Shown one piece after another: positions 52,819 to 61,013 of a stretch of 64,000 nt of DNA. The notes beneath the pieces were generated by a model. That model saw only the letters and a list, made by a program, of their open reading frames with translations, did not search any database and was not told the origin of the DNA. Both the position numbers and the translations under genes were made by a program. Each line of letters starts with the position of its first letter. The first letter of the stretch is position 1. The stretch comes from Nitrospirota bacterium (GTDB lineage: Bacteria > Nitrospirota > Thermodesulfovibrionia > Thermodesulfovibrionales > Dissulfurispiraceae), in NCBI GenBank assembly GCA_963710375.1, contig CAVPZX010000005.1, forward strand, positions 224,001-288,000, given 5' to 3'.

Positions 52819-54222
52819 AAAATCCTGATGCTTATTTATGCTTTTTTCTTGCCGACCGCGACGGGCTTCCTGTTTGTCAGCTATTTTTCCCGTTGCGATA
52901 ATAAAGAAAGTTTTTTTGAAAGACTATTTTTGGGGTTCGGTCTGGGTATGGGTATGCTCACTTTTGAGATGTTCATTACCGCCCTCTTGAAAATTAATTT
53001 TTCTCTGTTCGTCATATCACTAATGCAAATATTGACTGCGGCTTTATTTGCATGGCTGCTCTTCAGGTCCAAATATTCCCTGAAGGAAGTTCTCAATGTG
53101 TCGCCATTCCGCGATAAAATAACGTCAATTTTTAAAGTGTCCGGAGTGCAGTCTTTTTTCGTTTTGTTAGTAACGATCTGGATTATGCTCAAGTTCTTCT
53201 TTGTTCTTTATGAGAGCGCGACCTGGCCGGCATTCGGATGGGACAGCCTGGAAAATTGGAGTTCAGGGGCCAAATATTTCTATTACGTGAAAGGCTTGAT
53301 GCTCGATCATGGAAGCGAGCACTTTTTCGGCAAAGGATACAGGACCTTTTTGAATTATCCCCTGCATATACCATTAATGCAGGTTTGGGTTTCAGTATGT
53401 CTTGGAAACATCAATGAAGCATATATGAAATACTGGAACGTGGTTTATTTCATCAGCGTTGTCGCTTTGGTTTATTTTGCAGTGAGAAGAGAAGCTTCTC
53501 AGGTTATCGCCATCCTGGCAGCTTTTTTCCTTTCCTCAGTGCCGCTGCTTACATACCATGCAATCGATGCGTATGCGGATTTGCCTCTGAGTTATTACGC
53601 GCTCGCCACCGCCATTTGCTTTCGGAGATACATGGAAAAGTCTGAGAAACAAAGAGATGAAAATTATGGATTCCTGGTCCTCATTGGGGTATTTTCAGCT
53701 TTATGCATGTGGACGAAATTAGAAGGCATTCTGTTCGCTCTCGCTTTCAGTGCGACCCTGTTACTGTATCTTCTGCTGAAAAGGAGTTCATACAGGAATT
53801 TTATAAAAAGCCTTTTTTTCTATTCTTTACCGATTGGCATAATAGGAATATCGTGGTTCACTTTTTTGACTTTAAACGGTGTAAAAGGCCGCAGTATACT
53901 CGCCTTTGGTCTTCATTTTGAGGTTATTCCTGTGATCCTGAAACAGATATTTTTCTCGGCAAATTTTAATATTATTTTCCTGTTTTCCCCGCTAATTATT
54001 CTATTGGGCATCAGAACAATTTTGCATTCTGACTTAAAATATCTGCTTGCCCACCTATTAATGGTGATGTTGATGTTCCTTTTCATTTATATCGCAACGA
54101 ATAATTATATATTTGCAATGAATTTGACAGCGGTAAATCGCAGCGTACTGACTTTTATCCCCGCGATGTATTATATTAGCGCCCTGATAGCAGCACATAT
54201 GCTGGGAAAAGAAAAGGACTGA
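52816..54222 (+). CDS. Polytopic membrane glycosyltransferase-like protein (GT-C/ArnT-like)
   Basis: Many TM helices with GWDSLENW, NYPL, YADLPL and WTKLEG motifs. Confidence 0.65.
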   Translation: MKILMLIYAFFLPTATGFLFVSYFSRCDNKESFFERLFLGFGLGMGMLTFEMFITALLKINFSLFVISLMQILTAALFAWLLFRSKYSLKEVLNVSPFRDKITSIFKVSGVQSFFVLLVTIWIMLKFFFVLYESATWPAFGWDSLENWSSGAKYFYYVKGLMLDHGSEHFFGKGYRTFLNYPLHIPLMQVWVSVCLGNINEAYMKYWNVVYFISVVALVYFAVRREASQVIAILAAFFLSSVPLLTYHAIDAYADLPLSYYALATAICFRRYMEKSEKQRDENYGFLVLIGVFSALCMWTKLEGILFALAFSATLLLYLLLKRSSYRNFIKSLFFYSLPIGIIGISWFTFLTLNGVKGRSILAFGLHFEVIPVILKQIFFSANFNIIFLFSPLIILLGIRTILHSDLKYLLAHLLMVMLMFLFIYIATNNYIFAMNLTAVNRSVLTFIPAMYYISALIAAHMLGKEKD

Positions 54223-54400
54223 GAAGGAAAGGCAAGGACTGAGCAAGAGACAAAGGGACTGAGGACTGAGAAGGAAAGGCAAGGACTGAGGACTGAGCAA
54301 AAAAGACAAGGACTGAGGACTGAGTGAGTAAAATTGAAAGGTTTGAAGATTTGATTGCGTGGCAAAAATCAAGACTTTTGGTAAACCTATGAGGACTGAG
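54214..54400 (+). repeat. Forward GGACTGA array flanking a truncated four-helix gene
   Basis: AAGGACTGAG units at 54214-54324 and one more at ~54391-54400. Confidence 0.94.
54324..54392 (+). pseudogene. 5' remnant of a four-helix-bundle gene (copy of gene A)
   Basis: GTG frame translates to [22 protein letters not shown], against [22 protein letters not shown] at 45633. Confidence 0.9.
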
Positions 54401-54418
54401 AGGAAAGAAGACGTCAAA

Positions 54419-55204
54419 ATGACTCAGTCCTCAGCACTCGGCCCTCAGTCCTTGTCTCTCAGTCCTCAATCCTCGGCCCTCAGCCCTTGTTTTAAGAAGT
54501 TGTCCATTGTAATGCCTGTTTATAATGAAGGCACCTACGTCCATCAAATACTGAATAAGATTAAGCAGGTTACACTTGACAATGAGATCGAAAAAGAAAT
54601 CATTATCGTCAATGACGCCTCAACTGACGACACTGCGGACGCAATTAAGGCATATATCAATAACAACCCCGAACTCAATATCCGGTATTTTAAACATGAA
54701 ACGAACCAGGGAAAAGGCGCGGCATTGCATACCGGGATAAAGGAAGCAACCGGTGATTTTTTGATAATACAGGATGCTGATCTGGAATACGATCCTTTTG
54801 AGTACAATAAGCTGTTGGAGCCTGTTTTAAAAGGTCATGCCGATGTAGTATATGGCTCACGTTTTATCGGCGGACACCCTCACAGAATTCTTTTTTTCTG
54901 GCATACGGTGGGTAACAGATTTCTTACATTTCTTTCGAATGCGTTTAATAATCTTAACCTTACCGATATGGAAACCTGCTATAAGCTCTTTAAGACCGAC
55001 ATTATCAAAAAGATCGAGTTAAAGGAAAAGCGCTTTGGTTTTGAGCCGGAAGTTACGGCTAAGATAGCGAAGATACCGGGCATCAGAATTTACGAGGTTG
55101 GAATATCTTATTACGGAAGGACTTATGCTGAAGGCAAAAAGATCAACTGGAAAGACGGGCTGAAAGCGCTTCATTGCATTTTTAAATATGGTTTGTGGCC
55201 ATAA
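54419..55204 (+). CDS. GT2 polyprenol-phosphate glycosyltransferase (DPM1-like)
   Basis: [39 protein letters not shown] and FGFEPE. The start is uncertain and the N-terminal extension is repeat-derived. Confidence 0.88.
   Translation: MTQSSALGPQSLSLSPQSSALSPCFKKLSIVMPVYNEGTYVHQILNKIKQVTLDNEIEKEIIIVNDASTDDTADAIKAYINNNPELNIRYFKHETNQGKGAALHTGIKEATGDFLIIQDADLEYDPFEYNKLLEPVLKGHADVVYGSRFIGGHPHRILFFWHTVGNRFLTFLSNAFNNLNLTDMETCYKLFKTDIIKKIELKEKRFGFEPEVTAKIAKIPGIRIYEVGISYYGRTYAEGKKINWKDGLKALHCIFKYGLWP
54421..54490 (-). repeat. Degenerate inverted (CTCAGTC) heptamer array
   Basis: ctcagtc-ctcagca-ctcggcc-ctcagtc-cttgtct-ctcagtc-ctcaatc-ctcggcc-ctcagcc in exact 7-nt phase. Confidence 0.9.
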
Positions 55205-55392
55205 AATGCACGGAACGGGCTTAGTGCTTCAATTCATAAATACGGTTGCACATTTTGAACAAATTCAGGTTTAATAAAAATAAAGGATTTATTGATTAGT
55301 CCCTCGCAATGTCCGCAAAGAAACACTCAGAGACAGTTAAAATACATTTGCCGCTGCAGATTGCATGCGCATGGTAATAAGAGGAGGTTTTA

Positions 55393-56925
55393 ATGGTTAT
55401 GGGCAACTCAATATTTAATAAGTTATTTGTTTTTGAAATGGCCAACAATCACATGGGCGATGTTGAGCATGGTGTAAGAATAATAAGGATGTTTCGTGAA
55501 GCATGCAAAGATTTTGATTTTAGATTTGCTTTCAAATTCCAATATAGAAATCTCGATACATTTATTCATCCGGACTTCAGGAACAGGTCTGATATCAAGT
55601 ATGTAAAGCGCTTCATGGAGACCAATATAACCAATGATCAAAAGAAATATCTGAAGGAGGAGGCTAAAAAGGCAGGCTTTCTTGCTATATGTACGCCATT
55701 TGACGAAAAATCGGTCGACCTGATCGAAGAGCACGGCTATGATGTGGTTAAGATAGCAAGCTGCTCTTTTACCGACTGGCCATTGCTTGAGAGGATAGCG
55801 CGAACGGATAAGCCCATTATCGCTTCGACCGCAGGGGCTTCACTGGACGATATCGACAAGGTGGTATCTTACTTTGAGCATAGAGAAAAAAAGTTATGTC
55901 TGATGCATTGTGTGGGCGAGTATCCGACAAAAAAAGAAAACTTGCAGTTAAACCAAATCGATTTGTTGAGGATGAGATATAGCGAAATCCCTATAGGATA
56001 TTCAACGCATGAGTCGCCGGACAACACTGACGCTATCGGAATTGCTGTCGGCAAGGGTGCGAAGGTATTTGAGAGGCACGTGGGCGTTAAAACTGAAAAA
56101 TACGACTTAAATGCATACTCTTCCTCACCGGACCAAATTTCCGCATGGCTTAAATCTGCTGAAGACGCCTTCAAGATGTGCGGGATTCATGGAGAAAGAT
56201 TCGGGGGAACGGACAAGGAAAGATCGGATTTGAGAGGCCTGCAGAGGGGCGTTTTCGCCAAATCTCCCGTCAAGAAGGGGGAAAAAGTCGGTTTTGGAAA
56301 TACATTTTATGCGATACCCAATATTGAGAAGCAGATTGTCGCAAATGAAATGTCAAAATATATAGAATATACCGCCAACAGGGATATTGATACCAATGAG
56401 CCGGTTTTAGAGGCGGATGTGACAACAACAAACTTGAGAGACAAAGTATTAAAAATTGTAAACCAGGTCAAGAATATCCTGGTTGAGAGCAGGGTGGCCT
56501 TGCCGAATAAAATGGAGATGGAAATATCGCACCATTACGGGCTCGACAAGTTTGAAGAGTGGGGGGCGACTATCATTAATTGCATTAACAGGGAGTACTG
56601 CAAGAAGCTGATAATACTGCTCCCGGGACAAAACCATCCCGTACATTATCACAGTAAGAAAGAAGAGACATTTCATGTTTTATTCGGAGATGTGGGCGTC
56701 CATCTTGACGGGGAAGACAAAAAGTGCAAGGCCGGGGATATGGTAATAGTTGAGAGAGGCAAAAAGCACAGTTTCAGCTCGCAGAAAGGCGGCATCTTTG
56801 AGGAAATATCGACCACGCATTACAAAGATGATTCTTTCTACGATGACACTAATGTTATAAATAACAAGAACAGGAAGACGGCCCTGACATTCTGGGCAGA
56901 CTGGCTTCTGAAACCCATAGCGTAA
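55393..56925 (+). CDS. NeuB-family synthase with SAF and C-terminal cupin domains
   Basis: FEMANNHMGD, KIASCS, GYSTHE and FERHVG, then cupin HPVHYHSKKEETFHVL...KHSF. GAGGAGG RBS. Confidence 0.87.
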   Translation: MVMGNSIFNKLFVFEMANNHMGDVEHGVRIIRMFREACKDFDFRFAFKFQYRNLDTFIHPDFRNRSDIKYVKRFMETNITNDQKKYLKEEAKKAGFLAICTPFDEKSVDLIEEHGYDVVKIASCSFTDWPLLERIARTDKPIIASTAGASLDDIDKVVSYFEHREKKLCLMHCVGEYPTKKENLQLNQIDLLRMRYSEIPIGYSTHESPDNTDAIGIAVGKGAKVFERHVGVKTEKYDLNAYSSSPDQISAWLKSAEDAFKMCGIHGERFGGTDKERSDLRGLQRGVFAKSPVKKGEKVGFGNTFYAIPNIEKQIVANEMSKYIEYTANRDIDTNEPVLEADVTTTNLRDKVLKIVNQVKNILVESRVALPNKMEMEISHHYGLDKFEEWGATIINCINREYCKKLIILLPGQNHPVHYHSKKEETFHVLFGDVGVHLDGEDKKCKAGDMVIVERGKKHSFSSQKGGIFEEISTTHYKDDSFYDDTNVINNKNRKTALTFWADWLLKPIA

Positions 56926-56936
56926 GAACATATAGG

Positions 56937-57023
56937 CGCAAAGAGCATAGCGCATAGGGCAAAGGGCGAAACAAAGAAAAAAAGACCGCAAAGAGCATAG
57001 CGCATAGGGCAAAGGCAAAGAGG
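56937..57023 (+). repeat. Forward GCAWAGV heptamer array upstream of four-helix-bundle gene B
   Basis: CGCAAAGAGCATAGCGCATAGGGCAAAGG at 56937-56965 and 56987-57015 (50-bp spacing). Confidence 0.94.
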
Positions 57024-57401
57024 GTGAAATTCAGGTTTCAGGATTTAGAGATATGGCGAATGGCAATAGAGATTGCTAATGAGCTTTTTGATATTGCTGA
57101 CAAACTTGAGGCAAAACGGTTATATCGTTTTGCTGAACAATTGCGCGGTGCAGGGATGAGTATGTCTAACAATATTGCTGAAGGTTCAGGGAGCGGCTCA
57201 AAGACTGAATTTAGGAATTTCTTGAATATAGCAAAGCGCAGCACTTTTGAAAATGTAAATATTATGATTCTCCTGAACATGAGGAGGCTGATAGATGATA
57301 ATATGCTGGAGAAGATGCTTGAACGACTTGATATGCTTTGTCGTAAGATAACAAACTTTCAGAAAACATTGATCGCAAAGAGCAAAGGGCAAAGTGCATA
57401 G
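57024..57401 (+). CDS. Four-helix-bundle protein B (23S rRNA IVS protein/Avd-like family)
   Basis: FQDLEIW, EQLRGAGMSMSNNIAEGSG and FLNIAKRSTFE. The last codons and TAG stop are repeat-derived (57375-57401). Confidence 0.92.
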   Translation: MKFRFQDLEIWRMAIEIANELFDIADKLEAKRLYRFAEQLRGAGMSMSNNIAEGSGSGSKTEFRNFLNIAKRSTFENVNIMILLNMRRLIDDNMLEKMLERLDMLCRKITNFQKTLIAKSKGQSA

Positions 57402-57475
57402 AACGAAAAACAACAAACAGAGGACAAAAAAATGCAGCCATCTGTCTTGTTTGCATTTGACGCCTTCGGCTGTTA

Positions 57476-57550
57476 CCCTATGCTCCTTGCTCTTTGCCCT
57501 ATGCGCTTTGTCTTTTGCGCTTTGCCCTATGCCCTATGCCCTTTGCGCTT
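57476..57550 (-). repeat. Inverted (CTWTGC) heptamer array downstream of gene B
   Basis: About ten CCTATGC/CTTTGC units, the reverse complement of the upstream array. Confidence 0.93.
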
Positions 57551-58222
57551 AAGACTATTGCGTGGGATGTGGATGATGTTTTGAATGATTTGATGCAGTC
57601 GTGGTTTGAGCTGAAATGGCTGAAAGACCATCCTGAATGCAAAATCAAATACGAAGAACTTGCAGAAAATCCGCCCCACAGGATATTAGGGGTTGATGTC
57701 CATTCATATCTCGAATCCCTCGATGAGTTCAGATTGTCGCCTTTGTATCTGGAAATGAGACCTGTAGAAGAAGTGATGGAGTGGTTTAATAAAAATGGGA
57801 ATAGTTTTCGCCATGTGGCGTTGACTGCTGTTCCGCTCATTGCGGCTCCAGTATCTGCGCACTGGGTATTTAAGCACTTTGGGCCATGGATAAGGACATT
57901 TCATTTCATACCTTCCAGGAGGAAGGGGCAATGCATTCAGGAATACGATAGTGATAAGGGAGCATTCTTGAAATGGATAGAAAAGGCCGATGTTTTCCTG
58001 GATGACAATCCTGCAAATATACAGGCTGCAGAAAGCTCCGGCGTTATGGGCATTATAATACCTCGCCCCTGGAATAAGGCAACGGCGCAGAGAGCAAAGA
58101 GCATAGGGCAAAGAGCAGAGAGCAAAGGGCAGAGAGCAGAGGGCAAAGGGCAAAGGGCAGGGGGCAAAGGGCAAAGGGCAAAGTCAATTACCGAAGCTCT
58201 AAAAAATTTAAATGGTTTATAG
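57536..58222 (+). CDS. HAD-superfamily 5'(3')-nucleotidase-like protein
   Basis: IAWDVDDVLND, LTA, FLDDNPAN and PRPWN motifs. The start is uncertain and the candidate ATG lies inside the inverted repeat array. Confidence 0.78.
   Translation: MPFALKTIAWDVDDVLNDLMQSWFELKWLKDHPECKIKYEELAENPPHRILGVDVHSYLESLDEFRLSPLYLEMRPVEEVMEWFNKNGNSFRHVALTAVPLIAAPVSAHWVFKHFGPWIRTFHFIPSRRKGQCIQEYDSDKGAFLKWIEKADVFLDDNPANIQAAESSGVMGIIIPRPWNKATAQRAKSIGQRAESKGQRAEGKGQRAGGKGQRAKSITEALKNLNGL
58087..58184 (+). repeat. 14 in-phase GCANAGR-type heptamers inside a CDS
   Basis: GCAGAGA GCAAAGA GCATAGG GCAAAGA GCAGAGA GCAAAGG GCAGAGA GCAGAGG GCAAAGG GCAAAGG GCAGGGG GCAAAGG GCAAAGG GCAAAGT. Confidence 0.96.
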
Positions 58223-58240
58223 GTCGGATTTATCTATTTT

Positions 58241-58289
58241 TTTGCCTTATGCCTTTAACACTATGCTCTATGCTCTTTGCGCTTTGCTC
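58241..58289 (-). repeat. Inverted heptamer array before the ThDP-enzyme RBS
   Basis: tttgcct-tatgcct...ctatgct-ctatgct-ctttgcg-ctttgct, ending just before AAGGAGGT. Confidence 0.85.
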
Positions 58290-58306
58290 ATTAAGGAGGT
58301 GTTGAG

Positions 58307-60133
58307 GTGATCAAATTATCTGATTACGTAATTAAATTCGTTTCTGATATCGGCGTAAAGCATATTTTTATGCTGCCGGGCGGCGGTTGTATGCATCTTG
58401 TGGACTCAGTGGGCAAAAACAAAAAAATCGAATTTGTGGGATGCCTGCATGAACAAGCGGCAGTGATTGCCGCAGACGGGTATGCACAATACAACGGTAA
58501 TGCCGGAGTTGCACTCGTAACCACAGGGCCGGGAAGCACCAATGCAATAACAGGTGTTGCCGGGGCGTGGATCGATTCAACGCCGGTCATGATTTTATCA
58601 GGCCAGGCCAAGCGGAAAGACCTTCTTGCCGGAAAAGGCGTTCGCCAGATGGGCGTTCAGGAAGTGGATATCGTCTCTCTGGTTAAACCAATAACAAAGT
58701 ATGCCGTCACTGTGCTTGAGCCTGAAAGCATTCGATATCATCTCGAAAAAGCTTATCATACGGCCTGTCATGGCCGCCCTGGTCCTGTGTGGCTGGATAT
58801 CCCCCTTGACGTACAGGGGTCCGTAATCGATGAAACAAAGCTGCGCGGGTTTAATCCTTCAGATGATGAATTCGCCCTATGCCCTATGCCCCATGCCCTT
58901 TGCCCTTCTACATTGCCGGAGTTGGTCGATAAGGTTGTTTCCATGCTGAACAATGCTGAACGTCCGGTGATTCTGGCCGGCCGGGGCATACGCCTTTCAA
59001 AGGCAATGGCGGAGTTCTGCAGTGTGATAGAATCGTTGAAGATCCCTGTTTTGACGACCTGGAGACTGGCGGATTCATTGCCTGAAGACAGTGAAGTTTT
59101 CTTTGGCAGGCCCGGCTCCATCACTTCCAGGGGGGCTAATTTTGTTCAACAGAATGCCGATTTTATTCTGGTTATCGGGGCACGACTCGATCTGCCGCAG
59201 GTCGGACACAGTTACGCGAATTTTGCGCGCGCCGCCAGGAAGGTTGTAGTTGATATTGATGGAAATGAAATTAAAAAGATTGACACTAAAATCGATCTGC
59301 CAATAGTAAGCGGCGCAGGAGAGTTCCTTAAAGAGCTTATCAATAAATTAAATAAGGTAAAACTCAGGGACATATCAGCTTGGACATCAAGATGCAAAGC
59401 GTGGAAGGAAAAATATCCGGTTATACTGCCGGAATACCTTGAACCTGCGGGCTATGTCAATACTTATGCCCTGATAGACGTGCTTTCAGAAGTTTTGACC
59501 AGTGATGACATTATCGTTCCGGGAAGCTCGGGCAGTTGCGCTGAAATTACTCCTCAAGCCTTCAGGGTCAAAAAGGGACAGAGAATTATAAATTCACCTG
59601 GGTTGGGGTCAATGGGATATGGCCTTCCGCAGAGTATCGGGGTCTGTCTGTCCGGGGGCAGTAAGAGGACTGTATGTATCATAGGCGATGGTGGACTTCA
59701 GCATAACATTCAGGAACTCGAAACCTTAAAAAGACTCAATATCCCCGTTAAGCTTTTCGTCCTCAACAACAACGGTTATGCAGCTATCAGGGGCACACAC
59801 AAGCGCTTTTTTGAGGGGCGACTGGTCTGCTGTGATCCATCGAGCGGACTCACACTGCCTGATGCATGCAAGATCGCCTCTGCATATGGCCTGAAAACGG
59901 TCAGGATATCTGATCAGAGGAACTTAAGAGAAGAAGTCGTTAATGTCCTTAACATGGAAGGCCCGGTTGTATGCGATGTGATGGTTGATCCTGACTTGCA
60001 GATGGCCCCAAAGCTTTCATCAATGGCAAGACCGGACGGGTCGATGGTTTCCAAGCCGCTTGAAGACCTCTGGCCTTTTCTAGACAGGGAAGAATTCAGG
60101 GCGAACATGATAATTCCTCCACTGGAGGATTAA
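58307..60133 (+). CDS. Thiamine-diphosphate-dependent enzyme (acetolactate-synthase-like, YerE-type context)
   Basis: HEQAA, TTGPGSTN, GRPGPVWLDIPLDVQ, GSMGYGLP and GDGG...NNNGY motifs. Confidence 0.9.
   Translation: MIKLSDYVIKFVSDIGVKHIFMLPGGGCMHLVDSVGKNKKIEFVGCLHEQAAVIAADGYAQYNGNAGVALVTTGPGSTNAITGVAGAWIDSTPVMILSGQAKRKDLLAGKGVRQMGVQEVDIVSLVKPITKYAVTVLEPESIRYHLEKAYHTACHGRPGPVWLDIPLDVQGSVIDETKLRGFNPSDDEFALCPMPHALCPSTLPELVDKVVSMLNNAERPVILAGRGIRLSKAMAEFCSVIESLKIPVLTTWRLADSLPEDSEVFFGRPGSITSRGANFVQQNADFILVIGARLDLPQVGHSYANFARAARKVVVDIDGNEIKKIDTKIDLPIVSGAGEFLKELINKLNKVKLRDISAWTSRCKAWKEKYPVILPEYLEPAGYVNTYALIDVLSEVLTSDDIIVPGSSGSCAEITPQAFRVKKGQRIINSPGLGSMGYGLPQSIGVCLSGGSKRTVCIIGDGGLQHNIQELETLKRLNIPVKLFVLNNNGYAAIRGTHKRFFEGRLVCCDPSSGLTLPDACKIASAYGLKTVRISDQRNLREEVVNVLNMEGPVVCDVMVDPDLQMAPKLSSMARPDGSMVSKPLEDLWPFLDREEFRANMIIPPLED
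58871..58905 (-). repeat. Five inverted heptamers within the ThDP-enzyme CDS
   Basis: ttcgccc-tatgccc-tatgccc-catgccc-tttgccc, encoding FALCPMPHALCP. Confidence 0.88.
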
Positions 60134-60150
60134 AGTGCCTCAGTTCATAA

Positions 60151-60188
60151 TTGACAGCGAGTGACATTTGTGTACATAATAAAGTCAC
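60151..60188 (+). promoter_or_regulatory. Putative TA promoter with overlapping operator
   Basis: TTGACA (60151) and CATAAT (60175). The inverted pair GTGAC (60161)/GTCAC (60184) surrounds the palindrome TGTACA. Confidence 0.55.
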
Positions 60189-60205
60189 AGATGGAGGATA
60201 AAGCT

Positions 60206-60493
60206 ATGAAATTTTTAAGTGTTCGGGATTTGAGAAGCAAGTCGGCGCAAGTCTGGAAAGAACTTCCCGGAGAAAGAGAGATGGTTGTCACCAGCAACGG
60301 ACGTCCTGTAGCCATCCTTGCAGCAATAACGGAGGAAAATCTTGAAGAATCCCTTGTGGCATTCCGTCAGGCGCGCGCGGTTGAAGCAGTAGCTTTTCTT
60401 CAACGCCGTTCCGTCGAACAGAGGACAGACGGAATTTCAATGAAAGAGATCAATGCAGAGATAAAAGCCGTCCGTAAAAAACGCACACGATGA
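60206..60493 (+). CDS. Phd/YefM-family antitoxin
   Basis: LSVRDLRSKS...MVVTSNGRPVAIL. GGAGG RBS and ATGA overlap with the PIN gene. Confidence 0.88.
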   Translation: MKFLSVRDLRSKSAQVWKELPGEREMVVTSNGRPVAILAAITEENLEESLVAFRQARAVEAVAFLQRRSVEQRTDGISMKEINAEIKAVRKKRTR

Positions 60494-60918
60494 ACGTTGT
60501 GATTGATACTAATGTTATTGTTGCGGGTCTTTTATCTCCGTTTGGGACTTGCGGCGAAATCGTGCGCATGATTTCATCCGGAGAGTTGATGCTTTGCTTT
60601 GATGCCCGCATCCTTTCTCAATATAATGAAGTCCTGCTCCGTCCGAAGTTTAAGTTTGAGGAAACAAAGGTTGCTGCCCTTCTTGACTATATTGTCCATA
60701 GTGGACGGACAGTAGCATCTTCACCTTTAACAAGTTCACTGCCCGATGCTGATGACGAGCCGTTTCTCGAAATTGCGATTGCAGGCCGGGCTGTATGTAT
60801 CGTTACCGGTAATCAAAACCATTTCCCGTCGAAACTGTGTCAGGGGATTAAGGTATTTTCTCCAGTGGAGTTTATAAATTTTTATAAAAAACAAAAAAGA
60901 CGCACTCCTGGGCGCTGA
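60490..60918 (+). CDS. PIN-domain toxin (VapC-like)
   Basis: VVIDTNVIVAG, PDADDEPFLE and IVTGN motifs. Confidence 0.9.
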   Translation: MNVVIDTNVIVAGLLSPFGTCGEIVRMISSGELMLCFDARILSQYNEVLLRPKFKFEETKVAALLDYIVHSGRTVASSPLTSSLPDADDEPFLEIAIAGRAVCIVTGNQNHFPSKLCQGIKVFSPVEFINFYKKQKRRTPGR

Positions 60919-61013
60919 CCGGAAATATGAGATTGCTTTGGCTGTGCCGCCTAAGAAACTTATTGTGTTGGCTAATGAACTCAGGTTTGTCCCATTAAAG
61001 CGGAGTGCAAGTT

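Noticed and set aside
55205..55392. Promoter or ncRNA in the AT-rich gap
   Set aside because: An internal promoter is plausible, but I could not pin down a convincing -35/-10 pair or structure.
45633..57401. Diversity-generating retroelement (Avd-like genes)
   Set aside because: No reverse transcriptase and no TR/VR pair with adenine-specific mismatches was seen in the window. An RT elsewhere in the genome cannot be excluded.
57704..58174. Minus-strand ORFs rich in ALCPLP (also 56680-57018)
   Set aside because: They are translations of the family-B repeat, antisense to well-supported genes.
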